Shown: positions 12,535 through 25,918, counted from the first letter of the whole stretch. The stretch is 63,726 bases of DNA, filler included, from Lama guanicoe (GCA_013239625.1; 197 parts of 197 records of this genome joined end to end with filler, not necessarily neighbours in it); one strand, 5' to 3'. Notes: generated by a model from the letters alone, not told the origin. Numbers and translations: made by a program.

Positions 12535-15500
12535 NNNNNNNNNNNNNNNNNNNNNNNNNNNNNNNNNNNNNNNNNNNNTTAATTAATTAANNNNNNNNNN
12601 NNNNNNNNNNNNNNNNNNNNNNNNNNNNNNNNNNGACATTTATTGAAATAAAAAGATGTCTAATATACAGTCCAGTTAAAAAGCATTTCAAAAACTATGT
12701 TTTAGTTGCTGAATAAACCTGTTTCTCTGAAATGGAGACTCCCCCATCCCCAACATACACACATCCCGGAACAAATGCATTTAAACCTTACAATTTTAAT
12801 TGTGGTTGGCTTTAGACAGTGGAATAAAGGATACTCTTATTCACTTCTTCAAACTTTCNNNNNNNNNNNNNNNNNNNNNNNNNNNNNNNNNNNNNNNNNN
12901 NNTTAATTAATTAANNNNNNNNNNNNNNNNNNNNNNNNNNNNNNNNNNNNNNNNNNNNAGGCTGAGACCTCTCCTTGGTGTGAAAATTCTCAGGTGCAAA
13001 TTCCTGCAAGGGGTTGGGGTGGTGGAAGGCACTGTGCCCACCTGTTGAGGGCGAGCCCCGGCCCTGGGACCCAGGGTGTCCGTTCCAGGTGCCCCCTAGC
13101 TGGGTGCCTGGAGCTGTCCCTGTTGCTCAGGGAACAGAGTTCTGCCCCCCATCCCAGTCCCTGTGGGGAGCCCGTGAGGGTTNNNNNNNNNNNNNNNNNN
13201 NNNNNNNNNNNNNNNNNNNNNNNNNNTTAATTAATTAANNNNNNNNNNNNNNNNNNNNNNNNNNNNNNNNNNNNNNNNNNNNTGAATTTAGACTGTAGAT
13301 AAACATAGGGCTAAACTAAGTAAACTCAATTACAAATATTCAGATGTGATTAAATAACCCTCTATAGGGATGTGTAAAAATATTTGAATAAAAATATTCA
13401 TTGCTTCCAGGATAAACTAATCTTACCTGAAGACACTATTTACTTATTCAACCTGTGATTCCTGAGCAGCTATTTTGATCCAGACACTGTGCTAGTAAGC
13501 TGTGGGNNNNNNNNNNNNNNNNNNNNNNNNNNNNNNNNNNNNNNNNNNNNTTAATTAATTAANNNNNNNNNNNNNNNNNNNNNNNNNNNNNNNNNNNNNN
13601 NNNNNNTCGGTCGTTGGCGCGGTGAGGGGACCGCCCGCACCCCGGTCCTGGCACCCACCCTGCTGCTGGGCTGGCCTGCCTGCCAGCTGCTCTCGCTGCT
13701 GCTTCAGCGGGAAATGTGGGAACTGTCGCCCCGACACAGAGGGTTTCAGAGCGATTGGCTGCCTTAGGAGCATGGGCTTCAAACCTGGTAACACTCACTG
13801 TGCAAAGTCTGTTTTTATATTTGCGTCCTGNNNNNNNNNNNNNNNNNNNNNNNNNNNNNNNNNNNNNNNNNNNNTTAATTAATTAANNNNNNNNNNNNNN
13901 NNNNNNNNNNNNNNNNNNNNNNNNNNNNNNTGTATCTTCCATCTTGAATTAAAAGGATGAAGAACTCAATGTGATCTGTGAGTTACATTAATATAATATT
14001 CATGATTTATCCTGAGAAGAATACCTAGTACATTCTTCACTTCTTGTCTGCTTTTATATATTCTGGGTAGATTTCCCAAGGCCACCTTACCAGACTACTT
14101 TCAAGGACACTGATCATCATTTGTAGAAGTTTTTGTTTGGGGTTGAAAATAAATNNNNNNNNNNNNNNNNNNNNNNNNNNNNNNNNNNNNNNNNNNNNTT
14201 AATTAATTAANNNNNNNNNNNNNNNNNNNNNNNNNNNNNNNNNNNNNNNNNNNNTATTTCACATGTACTATTTGATGAATTTGATAGATGTCTACACCCA
14301 GGAAACCATCACCACAATCAAGAAAGCTAACATTTTCATAACTCCCCAAGAGGGACACTTTTCCAATTCCCATATTGTTCCCTTCCCATCCCCTTCTCTC
14401 CCTGGTAACCGTAAGTTTGCTTCTCTATATCTGTGGGTCTGTTTCTCTTTTGTATTTAAGTTCATTTGTGTCTTTTTCNNNNNNNNNNNNNNNNNNNNNN
14501 NNNNNNNNNNNNNNNNNNNNNNTTAATTAATTAANNNNNNNNNNNNNNNNNNNNNNNNNNNNNNNNNNNNNNNNNNNNCTTGGGTGCTTATAAGATAAAG
14601 AGACGGAGAGAGTGACAGCCACTAACCTCTATAGAACTGGTCGCCTGGAGGCATCATGATACCATTTTAAGTCTTCTGATGAACTAAATAACACAAGAGT
14701 CTAGTGTAATTATGGTACAGTGGAAAAAATTAACATTAATAGATATGTACAGGGAACTGGAACCAAAACTCCAAGTTCAACAAAGTACCAAGGAGTTTTA
14801 TCNNNNNNNNNNNNNNNNNNNNNNNNNNNNNNNNNNNNNNNNNNNNTTAATTAATTAANNNNNNNNNNNNNNNNNNNNNNNNNNNNNNNNNNNNNNNNNN
14901 NNAAGCATATTTGGCATGAAAGTTTCTGGGTGGCTAAGAAAAGTGATTTGGAATAAGCAAGTTTGTGGGAGAAAGGGCCATTGGAATTTGAATTAAAGAG
15001 GTCAAATGGGTTCTAAGCAATTTCTAATAAGTAAGTGTTTAAAATGAAGGAAGGTGCACAGCCATTCCTGCTTGTCCCTTCGTACTGTCTGGCAAGGCCT
15101 AATAATCCATGGAGGTAATCCAGGAGNNNNNNNNNNNNNNNNNNNNNNNNNNNNNNNNNNNNNNNNNNNNTTAATTAATTAANNNNNNNNNNNNNNNNNN
15201 NNNNNNNNNNNNNNNNNNNNNNNNNNACGGATGATGGCTCACGCTATGTCTCAGGGATCTGGAGTGTGTTGAGGCATGTGGTGTGTCGAATCAAGGGAGC
15301 AAACTGAACTGTGTACCAATGATAAAGCAACCACAGTGGCCACGCGGTTGTGATTACCGACATGTACCATGGACACACCCAGTACATCTGCAGGACCAGG
15401 GTCCAGTTGGGCATTTTGCCAATAGAGCACGTGTGGGGCTGAATCAGAGCNNNNNNNNNNNNNNNNNNNNNNNNNNNNNNNNNNNNNNNNNNNNTTAATT

Positions 15501-15693
15501 AATTAANNNNNNNNNNNNNNNNNNNNNNNNNNNNNNNNNNNNNNNNNNNNCCGAGGGGTGTTCTGTGGGTATGACTTGGAGGCTGGAAGATTCTGAGATA
15601 TTGTGGTAATCCAGGAGAAGGGGAGGAACTGCCCTTAACAATGTAAGTGGTGGTGGGGCTGAAAAAAGGGCAGTTCTGATGATATTGATAGAT

Positions 15694-15774
15694 TAGTGGT
15701 TCTCCAACACAAGCGGGCATTGCAGTCACCTGGAGGGCCTGTTAACACACATTGCCGGGCCCCACCCCCAGAGT
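15694..15774. mobile_element. MER5A-type hAT MITE, partial
   Basis: 'agtggttctc...tcacctggagggcctgttaa...gggccccacccccagagt'. Confidence 0.8.
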
Positions 15775-15874
15775 NNNNNNNNNNNNNNNNNNNNNNNNNN
15801 NNNNNNNNNNNNNNNNNNTTAATTAATTAANNNNNNNNNNNNNNNNNNNNNNNNNNNNNNNNNNNNNNNNNNNN

Positions 15875-16098
15875 GGTTAAGAAATAACAGAGGATAAAGT
15901 AAGAAAGTTTAACATCTATGTAATTATGGACCCAGCTGGGAAGAAAGAGAAAATGGAGAAGAAGCAATATCTGAAAAGATAAATGACCAAGAATTTTCCA
16001 GAACTGATGAAAGATATCAACTCACGGATTGAAAGAGCTAAACAAATTTCAAGCAAAAAATAAAAATGAAAATAAATCCACACCTGGTTAAATATGAA
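15875..16098 (+). mobile_element. Old L1 ORF1 fragment
   Basis: 'agaaaatggagaagaagcaatatctgaaaagata...gaattttccagaactgatgaaaga'. Confidence 0.75.
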
Positions 16099-16204
16099 NN
16101 NNNNNNNNNNNNNNNNNNNNNNNNNNNNNNNNNNNNNNNNNNTTAATTAATTAANNNNNNNNNNNNNNNNNNNNNNNNNNNNNNNNNNNNNNNNNNNNAG
16201 CCTG

Positions 16205-16285
16205 GGCCTGTTGTGAGGATTAAATGAAAGGGATTATGTAAAATGCTTCTTCTCAGCACAAAGCTGGGCAGAGCTCAATAAATGA
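16205..16285 (+). mobile_element. MIR fragment
   Basis: 'gttgtgaggattaaatga...atgtaaaatgct...gctcaataaatg'. Confidence 0.75.
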
Positions 16286-19200
16286 GATTCTGCTTTCCTT
16301 CAGCAGGGCCTGGGCTATCAGCGGTGCTAGAGAAGTATCTGCTGATTGACTAGCCATTCCCCAGGGCCCATCCCAAATGAACTCAGAAATACTAAAAATA
16401 AACAATTCAATGAGGCAAGAAANNNNNNNNNNNNNNNNNNNNNNNNNNNNNNNNNNNNNNNNNNNNTTAATTAATTAANNNNNNNNNNNNNNNNNNNNNN
16501 NNNNNNNNNNNNNNNNNNNNNNCCCCCCCCACACCAGGGTTCACCCTGGAGTGTCCGAGGGCAGGAGGGGCACTCAGCTGGGGAGTGGACACAGAGCAGG
16601 CCCAGAGGAGACAGGCTCCCACCCAGCTGACACGTCCCCGGGAAGAGGGGTAGCAGTGGGGACGCCCTGCGTCCGTGAGGGCTCCGGGGGGCCCCAAGCT
16701 GGCTTCCGAGGCTGACCTGTAGGGTCACATCCCTTACCCAGAGGAANNNNNNNNNNNNNNNNNNNNNNNNNNNNNNNNNNNNNNNNNNNNTTAATTAATT
16801 AANNNNNNNNNNNNNNNNNNNNNNNNNNNNNNNNNNNNNNNNNNNNAAAGCACTTGGAAATTCTATCCCCCATGAACGAAAAGAACACAAAATAACTTTC
16901 ACTCCAGCGTTGAACACAGAATAACAGACTGCCTACTGTCAGAAATGGATTGAATTTTCTAGTTCGTTAGGGATTATTTAGATAATAGGAAAACGAATAA
17001 ATCGGAACAATCTCTCTACAGTAGCTGTTACTCCATCCTGTTATGTAGGGTAGAGTTAGGCTGAATTATTNNNNNNNNNNNNNNNNNNNNNNNNNNNNNN
17101 NNNNNNNNNNNNNNTTAATTAATTAANNNNNNNNNNNNNNNNNNNNNNNNNNNNNNNNNNNNNNNNNNNNAAATAGCTGGTTTTAAACAGTGAATTAGTT
17201 TAAATATAGAATAAAGGATAAACAACTGTGAGAATTTTAATATAATTAAAAAAAAAACCCAAAACACCCTGGATGTGTATATGGGGATGTTATGGTTGTC
17301 AAAAGAGTGACAATGATTGATACAAGGAAACACAAACAAAAGACAAACAAGTAATTTTAATGTGAGTTTAGGGTTTAAGACATCAAGAATTTGTNNNNNN
17401 NNNNNNNNNNNNNNNNNNNNNNNNNNNNNNNNNNNNNNTTAATTAATTAANNNNNNNNNNNNNNNNNNNNNNNNNNNNNNNNNNNNNNNNNNNNATAAAT
17501 ATTAATAAATGTGGTCTTCTTAATTAGACAGACTTCCATACACGTGCATTCATTTTTAGTCCTATTCTATGATGGATGGGTTTATGAACCTTTTCTTTTC
17601 CAACTCATGTCCTAATACTCCAAGTCAGATACTGCATTTTCTTTGTTAAATTGACAGATTCGCACTCACAATGAGCTTGGGTACAGATTGCTTCAAATGA
17701 ATAAATGAACTACTCCGCNNNNNNNNNNNNNNNNNNNNNNNNNNNNNNNNNNNNNNNNNNNNTTAATTAATTAANNNNNNNNNNNNNNNNNNNNNNNNNN
17801 NNNNNNNNNNNNNNNNNNCAACCCCCCCCCCCTTATTTATTTCTTTTTTTAAAAATCTGTTTTTACCTGTTCTGTTTTCTATTACCCAATTATTTTTAAT
17901 TCTTAAGCAATTATAAATACCACTAGTTTTCATACCTTTTAAATTTTTTAAAAATATTCTTATTACTAGCATTTTGAAAAATCCACATCATTTTATTTTT
18001 ATTTCTCTTGGTTTTGATGTCCTGTCATTGATTATACACAGGNNNNNNNNNNNNNNNNNNNNNNNNNNNNNNNNNNNNNNNNNNNNTTAATTAATTAANN
18101 NNNNNNNNNNNNNNNNNNNNNNNNNNNNNNNNNNNNNNNNNNACTCCTGAAAAGAAATTCTGTTACCACTTTTCTGCTCACAAACCCCCAACACCTCCCA
18201 GTGTGGCCCCCCCTAAAAAATTCTATACTCCGTAGTGTGGCACAGGAGAACCTTCTTGATCTGCTTTTTCTGGCAGCTGCTTCTGCTTCCGGCTGCATTT
18301 CTCACCACGGCCCAGGATCTCCTGCTGCAATTCTGTAACCAAATCTGTTTCCCCTCAGATCAAGCCNNNNNNNNNNNNNNNNNNNNNNNNNNNNNNNNNN
18401 NNNNNNNNNNTTAATTAATTAANNNNNNNNNNNNNNNNNNNNNNNNNNNNNNNNNNNNNNNNNNNNTTCGCTAGTGCTGTGCGTGTACCTGGGAGCACAG
18501 GCTGTGCCGTGTCCCCGAGGGGCCCCGGGCATGCAGATTTGTGTTCTCAGTGATGTCTAAGGACCGGTGAGGGTGCAAAGACCGGCGGGGCCAGGAAGAA
18601 ACTGCTTCCTAGCACTCTGCGGAAAGATGTTGCCTAAGTTTCATTTGGTCTTAGCTGCTGAATGCTGATTGGATGATAACTGCATAAAGGNNNNNNNNNN
18701 NNNNNNNNNNNNNNNNNNNNNNNNNNNNNNNNNNTTAATTAATTAANNNNNNNNNNNNNNNNNNNNNNNNNNNNNNNNNNNNNNNNNNNNCATTATGGAA
18801 AAATACTTCTGCAATAATGATAGTAGGAAAAAAACATAAGATTTTATACTTCTGATTATAACTACTGGTAAAAAAAAAAAGAGTTATATAGACAGGGGAA
18901 AAACAGATGATATCACACCAAAATGCTCGTGTATTGGAGTGCAAAAAGTGAGTGGGTTTTTCTCTGTTTTCCTAATTCTATAGTTTGGTTACACTGCTTT
19001 AATTTAGAGGGAAANNNNNNNNNNNNNNNNNNNNNNNNNNNNNNNNNNNNNNNNNNNNTTAATTAATTAANNNNNNNNNNNNNNNNNNNNNNNNNNNNNN
19101 NNNNNNNNNNNNNNCCACTGCCTTGCAAACTAAGTGAAAAGCCTTCCCACGGCACTCAAACACTGTACCATGTGGTTGATACTGTTTCCCTCTCCCCTAC

Positions 19201-20086
19201 AAATGTCCTCTCTAGGACCAAAACCTGTGACCTACTATTCACATCGCATGCCACACTCTTCCTGCCTTTCCTCATATTGTCTCTTTATTCTGGAACTATG
19301 AACCCCTTCCTCCCATCTCTTGCTGCTTATAGTATGCCNNNNNNNNNNNNNNNNNNNNNNNNNNNNNNNNNNNNNNNNNNNNTTAATTAATTAANNNNNN
19401 NNNNNNNNNNNNNNNNNNNNNNNNNNNNNNNNNNNNNNGAGGGAGGGGTGGGACAGATAATGATGGACATCTCTCACATGCTGGATCAGCTAAGAATGCA
19501 GCTGCAAGTGATGAGGAAGCTGATCAATTGCTGTTCAAATACTGGTCATTCTTTTCTTTGCTTGGTAAGTTACAAAGTAGGCAGGTTCCGGCACTGCAGT
19601 CACAGACCCAGGCTCTTCCGATCTTGGCTTCATAATCTTTGGTGTATTGGTTTCTGCTGCCTNNNNNNNNNNNNNNNNNNNNNNNNNNNNNNNNNNNNNN
19701 NNNNNNTTAATTAATTAANNNNNNNNNNNNNNNNNNNNNNNNNNNNNNNNNNNNNNNNNNNNCCATGTGTCTGTTTTCCTTTCTGTATTGCCTCTGATAG
19801 GCGGAGAGCTTCCGGGCAAGTCCCTGGAGCACTGGACTCTCACAGCCCGCAGGAAGGAGGCTAAGAATTGCCCCATGTGCACAGGAATCCGGTGTCTTCA
19901 AACTGGAGGATGCTTAGAGGGCTGGAGTTTTTTATTTTTTTTTTATTAATAGACTTTATTTTTTAGAGCAGTTTCAGGTTCCCAGCNNNNNNNNNNNNNN
20001 NNNNNNNNNNNNNNNNNNNNNNNNNNNNNNTTAATTAATTAANNNNNNNNNNNNNNNNNNNNNNNNNNNNNNNNNNNNNNNNNNNN

Positions 20087-20207
20087 GCTGACTGGTTTGT
20101 GGTCACTGATTGTGATACCAACGGACATTTATCAAGTTTCAAATGCTCGGCTCTTTGACCAGCCTCATTACTGAGGCTCAAACTAGTAGAATCCCAGTCT
20201 GAAGAAT
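20087..20207 (-). CDS. Partial internal coding exon of a CCDC144A/ANKRD26-family gene (or pseudogene copy)
   Basis: Minus strand has a branch-like TTCTAAT and 'ctttgttttcAG' acceptor (20208-20209), then open frame DSSDWDSTSLSLSNEAGQRAEHLKLDKCPLVSQSVTTNQS. This resembles the recalled human CCDC144A segment [38 protein letters not shown]. Confidence 0.7.
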
Positions 20208-21386
20208 CTGAAAACAAAGTTTCCACTTATTAGAATGTGAATAACGATACAAACTTGACTAACTTGTACAAATTCTCTTTCCAGAGCAGCAGCCCCACAT
20301 CCGCAGCCCCNNNNNNNNNNNNNNNNNNNNNNNNNNNNNNNNNNNNNNNNNNNNTTAATTAATTAANNNNNNNNNNNNNNNNNNNNNNNNNNNNNNNNNN
20401 NNNNNNNNNNACACTAAGCAAATAAACAGACTATTTTCTGTATTTCCCTCTCTTATGCTTTTATCAGTTAAGATGTTTTAATAATAGTTAATTTTATACT
20501 ACAATGTTTAAGTTACAGGATATTAAGAACAAGAGTGAGCATTGTCCAAAGATTTTTGCATCCTCTTCAGGGGAAAGATTTAGCAGGTATTGGTTGTATG
20601 CAAGATAGTTGCTTCATGCTCGGGGGAAGAATGCNNNNNNNNNNNNNNNNNNNNNNNNNNNNNNNNNNNNNNNNNNNNTTAATTAATTAANNNNNNNNNN
20701 NNNNNNNNNNNNNNNNNNNNNNNNNNNNNNNNNNTGGAGGCTGGGGAAGGCTACAGGGGGTGGGGCACGAACCACCTGGGCAGCAAACCGCAGGGCAGGC
20801 ATACGACCCCTCCTGACGCTCCCTCTAGCTGGACAAAGTCAAGGTACACACCGATCGACGTTGCTAAAGTCCGAGCCCGGCCGCCGGTGTGGCCAGCCAG
20901 GGCTGAAGCTCGCGAAGGCCCTGCACGCCTTCGGGAGCCCCGAACCCACCTCCCACCANNNNNNNNNNNNNNNNNNNNNNNNNNNNNNNNNNNNNNNNNN
21001 NNTTAATTAATTAANNNNNNNNNNNNNNNNNNNNNNNNNNNNNNNNNNNNNNNNNNNNCTTAACAGGCCAGTTTTCCTCCAAAGCAGGAAAACCATCATC
21101 AGATCCTCGCAGATCTCTTCCCCTTTCCCTTCTGCTCAGACCACGAGTGTAGACGGTGTCGGTGCTCCCCCAACCCGTCCACACCCCTGGGCTCGGTGCA
21201 GAGGGAATGCTCAGTAAATATGGGCTGACTGGTCGAAGGAGGGAACGATGAGGACGGTGAGCATGTAAACTGCTAATGAGGANNNNNNNNNNNNNNNNNN
21301 NNNNNNNNNNNNNNNNNNNNNNNNNNTTAATTAATTAANNNNNNNNNNNNNNNNNNNNNNNNNNNNNNNNNNNNNNNNNNNNCGCG

Positions 21387-21396
21387 GCGCATGCGC
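21387..21396. promoter_or_regulatory. NRF1 motif upstream of UNKL ATG, within a CpG island
   Basis: Palindromic GCGCATGCGC ending 22 bp before the start codon. Confidence 0.7.
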
Positions 21397-21417
21397 GCTG
21401 TATTGTTTTGACTGAAA

Positions 21418-21494
21418 ATGCCGTCGGTTTCGAAAGCGGCGGCGGCGGCGCTGAGCGGGTCCCCCCCGCAGACCGAGAAGCCGACCCACTACAG
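21418..21494 (+). CDS. UNKL: UNKL (unkempt-like zinc finger / RING protein) first coding exon
   Basis: MPSVSKAAAAALSGSPPQTEKPTHYR matches the recalled UNKL N-terminus. Followed by donor CAG|GTCAGT at 21495 and a GC-rich intron. Confidence 0.9.
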
Positions 21495-22030
21495 GTCAGT
21501 GCCCTGGTCGGCCGCGGTTGGGGCGGGGGCGTGGCGGGGGGCGGCCCAGCGCGCCCCCGGCCCGCGCGCCCGCCTCCCCCCGCCCCTGGGCCTGGGAGCC
21601 GCCGCCNNNNNNNNNNNNNNNNNNNNNNNNNNNNNNNNNNNNNNNNNNNNTTAATTAATTAANNNNNNNNNNNNNNNNNNNNNNNNNNNNNNNNNNNNNN
21701 NNNNNNTGCACAAATGAGTAGGGGTGGGGACGCTGAAGGGAAGCCCAGATACCAAGCACTTGCCAGAGGACTGAGTGTAGTTTTTTCATATTTATTAGTG
21801 AGGGTACTTTAATTCTTTCCTGTGTATTTATCAGCCTGAACATTTATGGGGAAGGGCGAAAGGAACATGGAATTCTTCCCTTCCAGTTTCTGGGAGGGAA
21901 ACTGGCAGAATTTCAGAGTTTCTTTCCCCTNNNNNNNNNNNNNNNNNNNNNNNNNNNNNNNNNNNNNNNNNNNNTTAATTAATTAANNNNNNNNNNNNNN
22001 NNNNNNNNNNNNNNNNNNNNNNNNNNNNNN

Positions 22031-22095
22031 AATAAGTAAATAAATAAACCTAATTACCTCCCCCCAAAACCAAAACAAAAAAAAATAAATAAAAT
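22031..22095 (+). mobile_element. Vic-1-type SINE 3' tail
   Basis: 'taaataaataaacctaattacctccccccaaaa', same tail as 51385-51414. Confidence 0.7.
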
Positions 22096-23650
22096 ATTTG
22101 TTTAAAAGGCCATTTTTTCCTCCTTCTACCCTCTCCCCCACTGCCAACCTAATTTCCATCCATCCCACAAGTAAAACTCCATTTTCAGTGGGTATCAACG
22201 TTGAATCTACGAAGTATCACAAAGGCTGCCAGATGCTGGGATAAAGCAGAACAGNNNNNNNNNNNNNNNNNNNNNNNNNNNNNNNNNNNNNNNNNNNNTT
22301 AATTAATTAANNNNNNNNNNNNNNNNNNNNNNNNNNNNNNNNNNNNNNNNNNNNTGCACACTTCATAATGTGCACACAGGCGGATACCGTGGGGCTCAGC
22401 CCCAGAATTGCTAACTCTTGCCAACATTGCTGAGAAGTGATGAAAAAACGGAGACTCAGTGATATAAAGTGGTACTCCAAAATAAATAGTAAGTGATGGA
22501 GTGCAGACTGGAATCTAGACAGCCCCCCACCACCAAGCTCCATTCTCTTTCTCTCACCACCCACCTTGCTGCCAAGAGNNNNNNNNNNNNNNNNNNNNNN
22601 NNNNNNNNNNNNNNNNNNNNNNTTAATTAATTAANNNNNNNNNNNNNNNNNNNNNNNNNNNNNNNNNNNNNNNNNNNNAAACATAACAGGAGGGACCTGC
22701 TTTCCCGGCCCTGTGGGCTCACCTTCCATGTGTGTAGACACCACTCCTTCATTCACTGACGAAACCCTAACTGCGGCCTCCCAGAGCGCAGCCCCCCCGT
22801 GGAGAAAAGACAGACTGGGTTCTTGCCTCTTTCTGATTTTGAGGTTTTGTCTTGCCAGTTAGATAAAATTCATCAGTTTGCTTGCACGATGCAAGTGCGT
22901 GCNNNNNNNNNNNNNNNNNNNNNNNNNNNNNNNNNNNNNNNNNNNNTTAATTAATTAANNNNNNNNNNNNNNNNNNNNNNNNNNNNNNNNNNNNNNNNNN
23001 NNGTAAGATTTGTCAAGACCACTAAAAACAAACGGACATCAAATGAGACATGAGATGAGAATGAAAGTGAGCAATGGCTGTAATACAAGCACAAGCAGCA
23101 GCAGGACCGACAGTGACCATTTTCAAGAAGCGAACATGCTTCCTAACTCAGACACGAGTCATCATCTGAGGAATAACAGCTCAATAAAACCCAGGCAGGA
23201 CTCCACTGTAATACCATGTAAAGACANNNNNNNNNNNNNNNNNNNNNNNNNNNNNNNNNNNNNNNNNNNNTTAATTAATTAANNNNNNNNNNNNNNNNNN
23301 NNNNNNNNNNNNNNNNNNNNNNNNNNTTGGAATAACCTTTAAGCATAAATTTGTAAGCTCCTGTAGTGAGCTTGAGTTTAGGAAATCATTATGAATTACG
23401 CCTTCCCTTTTCCAAATACGTTTCAAGTGGACGTATAATTGTCTACCTAATGGAGCTTAGAGCTTTTAGGTAATGGAGCAAAAGAGTAAATAATAAAAAT
23501 AACACAGAGAAGGAAAAATCAGAAATTATGAAGACTAGATTATTTTAATANNNNNNNNNNNNNNNNNNNNNNNNNNNNNNNNNNNNNNNNNNNNTTAATT
23601 AATTAANNNNNNNNNNNNNNNNNNNNNNNNNNNNNNNNNNNNNNNNNNNN

Positions 23651-23745
23651 GAGAGGGTACAGCTCAATGGTAGACTGTGTGCTTAGCATGCAGGAGGGCC
23701 TGGCTTCAACCCCCAGTCACTCTGTTAAAAATTAACAAATAAAAA
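23651..23745 (+). mobile_element. tRNA-Ala-derived SINE (Vic-1 type)
   Basis: 'gagggtacagctcaatggtagactgtgtgcttagcatgcaggagggcctggcttcaacccccagt' plus A-rich tail. Confidence 0.85.
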
Positions 23746-23874
23746 ATACAAATGAACTTATATATAAAACAGAAACAGACTCACAGACATCGAATACAGA
23801 CTTGTGTTTGCCTGTGGGGAGTGGAGTGGGAAGGGATAAACTGGGAGTTCGAGATTTGCAGATACCGACTGGTA
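23746..23874 (+). mobile_element. L1 3' UTR, cetartiodactyl type
   Basis: 'atacaaatgaactta...aaaacagaaacagactcacagacat...gggataaactgggagtt'. Confidence 0.85.
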
Positions 23875-24368
23875 NNNNNNNNNNNNNNNNNNNNNNNNNN
23901 NNNNNNNNNNNNNNNNNNTTAATTAATTAANNNNNNNNNNNNNNNNNNNNNNNNNNNNNNNNNNNNNNNNNNNNTGAGAAGGCCATGAACACTTTGAGAT
24001 TTCTCCTGTTGAGGGGTGAAGTCTATATCCCCTGACCTTGAATCTGGGTGGGCTCTGAGATTGTTTTCATATGGTAGAAGTGACCATGGGAGTTCACCGT
24101 GGGCCCTCAGGTCCAGGCTAAGCTGCATATGAATGGGGAAGGGCTCTGAAAGACCTAACAGAGAGTGACAGCTGCAGGACTGAGAGCCGAGTGTCGATNN
24201 NNNNNNNNNNNNNNNNNNNNNNNNNNNNNNNNNNNNNNNNNNTTAATTAATTAANNNNNNNNNNNNNNNNNNNNNNNNNNNNNNNNNNNNNNNNNNNNAA
24301 AAAAGTGGAAAAAAAAAATCCTTTCTTATGCCTACCAAGATAATATGATTCTCTTGAAGAGAAACAGT

Positions 24369-24522
24369 TTGAGCGGGCTAGCTGAGCTAGCCACTTTTAT
24401 CATGGAATAACATTTTTATTTGAAAGAATGACTAACAGATAAACTATGGTTAGTCACACTTAGGTATTTGGTATATATTTTCCCCCTCCCTCCAAAAACA
24501 TAAAACTGTTTCCCTGTTCAAG
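24369..24522. mobile_element. Charlie1-type hAT transposon fragment
   Basis: 'gctgagctagccactttt..catggaataacatttttatttgaaagaatgactaacagataaactatggtt'. Confidence 0.8.
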
Positions 24523-25594
24523 NNNNNNNNNNNNNNNNNNNNNNNNNNNNNNNNNNNNNNNNNNNNTTAATTAATTAANNNNNNNNNNNNNNNNNNNNNN
24601 NNNNNNNNNNNNNNNNNNNNNNCAACAGTGTTGTAGGCTGCGGCAAATAATAGTGATAAAATTACAATAGCACATGTCATAACTGTGGGAAGAGCGCTAA
24701 TGATAATTTACCCTGCAGCTCACTCTTACACTTGTTAGAACATTTCAAATGGAAAGTGAGGCTTTACCCTGTGTTTCAAATACTTTCCTTCCAAGTATGC
24801 CTTTTAATCTTACCACTTTTTCACATTTCAGAGCAAATTATCTCCANNNNNNNNNNNNNNNNNNNNNNNNNNNNNNNNNNNNNNNNNNNNTTAATTAATT
24901 AANNNNNNNNNNNNNNNNNNNNNNNNNNNNNNNNNNNNNNNNNNNNACTAAATTTCCTTGAGTGCTAATGTCTATTAGAGACATAGAGAGGATGCGTAGA
25001 GAGCCCCCTGCTTGTGGAGCCTGGCGCTGCCCTAAAGTCATAAAGTCCCCACTCCAGTGCTCTCCCTGTGCCTGGCCTGGAGCGGACTAGCTCCTTTAAC
25101 CCTCACGCCCCACTCCCTCCAATGCCTGCATTTCTTTAAGATAAAAAACATCTTTGGAGGGGAGGGTATANNNNNNNNNNNNNNNNNNNNNNNNNNNNNN
25201 NNNNNNNNNNNNNNTTAATTAATTAANNNNNNNNNNNNNNNNNNNNNNNNNNNNNNNNNNNNNNNNNNNNTGAACAGGATGTTGACCGTGGTCCCTTCCC
25301 AGATGTGCCGTGACTCGTGGTTCACAGTGTCCCCTGCATTGTTCAGTGTGTATCTCTGAAAATCCCCACGGTGAGCATGGATCTGTTTTTTTTTCTTTTG
25401 AGTTAGGAAACGATGAAGTTGTGATGCCCCGCCATGGGGGAAATGGTTCAATAGCGCCCTGGACATCTGTCTGCGTAATTGCCGAGTAGAACACNNNNNN
25501 NNNNNNNNNNNNNNNNNNNNNNNNNNNNNNNNNNNNNNTTAATTAATTAANNNNNNNNNNNNNNNNNNNNNNNNNNNNNNNNNNNNNNNNNNNN

Positions 25595-25818
25595 AGAAGA
25601 AATGTGATGAGGAGATAGGCAATTTATCAGAGAAAGAGTTTAGAGTAATGATGGCAAAGACGTTCAGAGAATTCAAGAGGAGTACAGATGCACAGAGCGA
25701 AGTTTTCAGCAAAGAGTTGGAAAATATAAAAAACATACAGAGATGAAGAATAAAATCACTGAAATAAATAACACACTAGAAGGAACCAAAAATAGACTAA
25801 ATGAGGCAGAAGAACAGA
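25595..25818 (+). mobile_element. L1 ORF1 5' region
   Basis: 'gagataggcaatttatcagagaaagagtttagagtaatgat...aaataacacactagaagga'. Homologous to the reverse complement of 55727-55795. Confidence 0.85.
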
Positions 25819-25918
25819 NNNNNNNNNNNNNNNNNNNNNNNNNNNNNNNNNNNNNNNNNNNNTTAATTAATTAANNNNNNNNNNNNNNNNNNNNNNNNNN
25901 NNNNNNNNNNNNNNNNNN

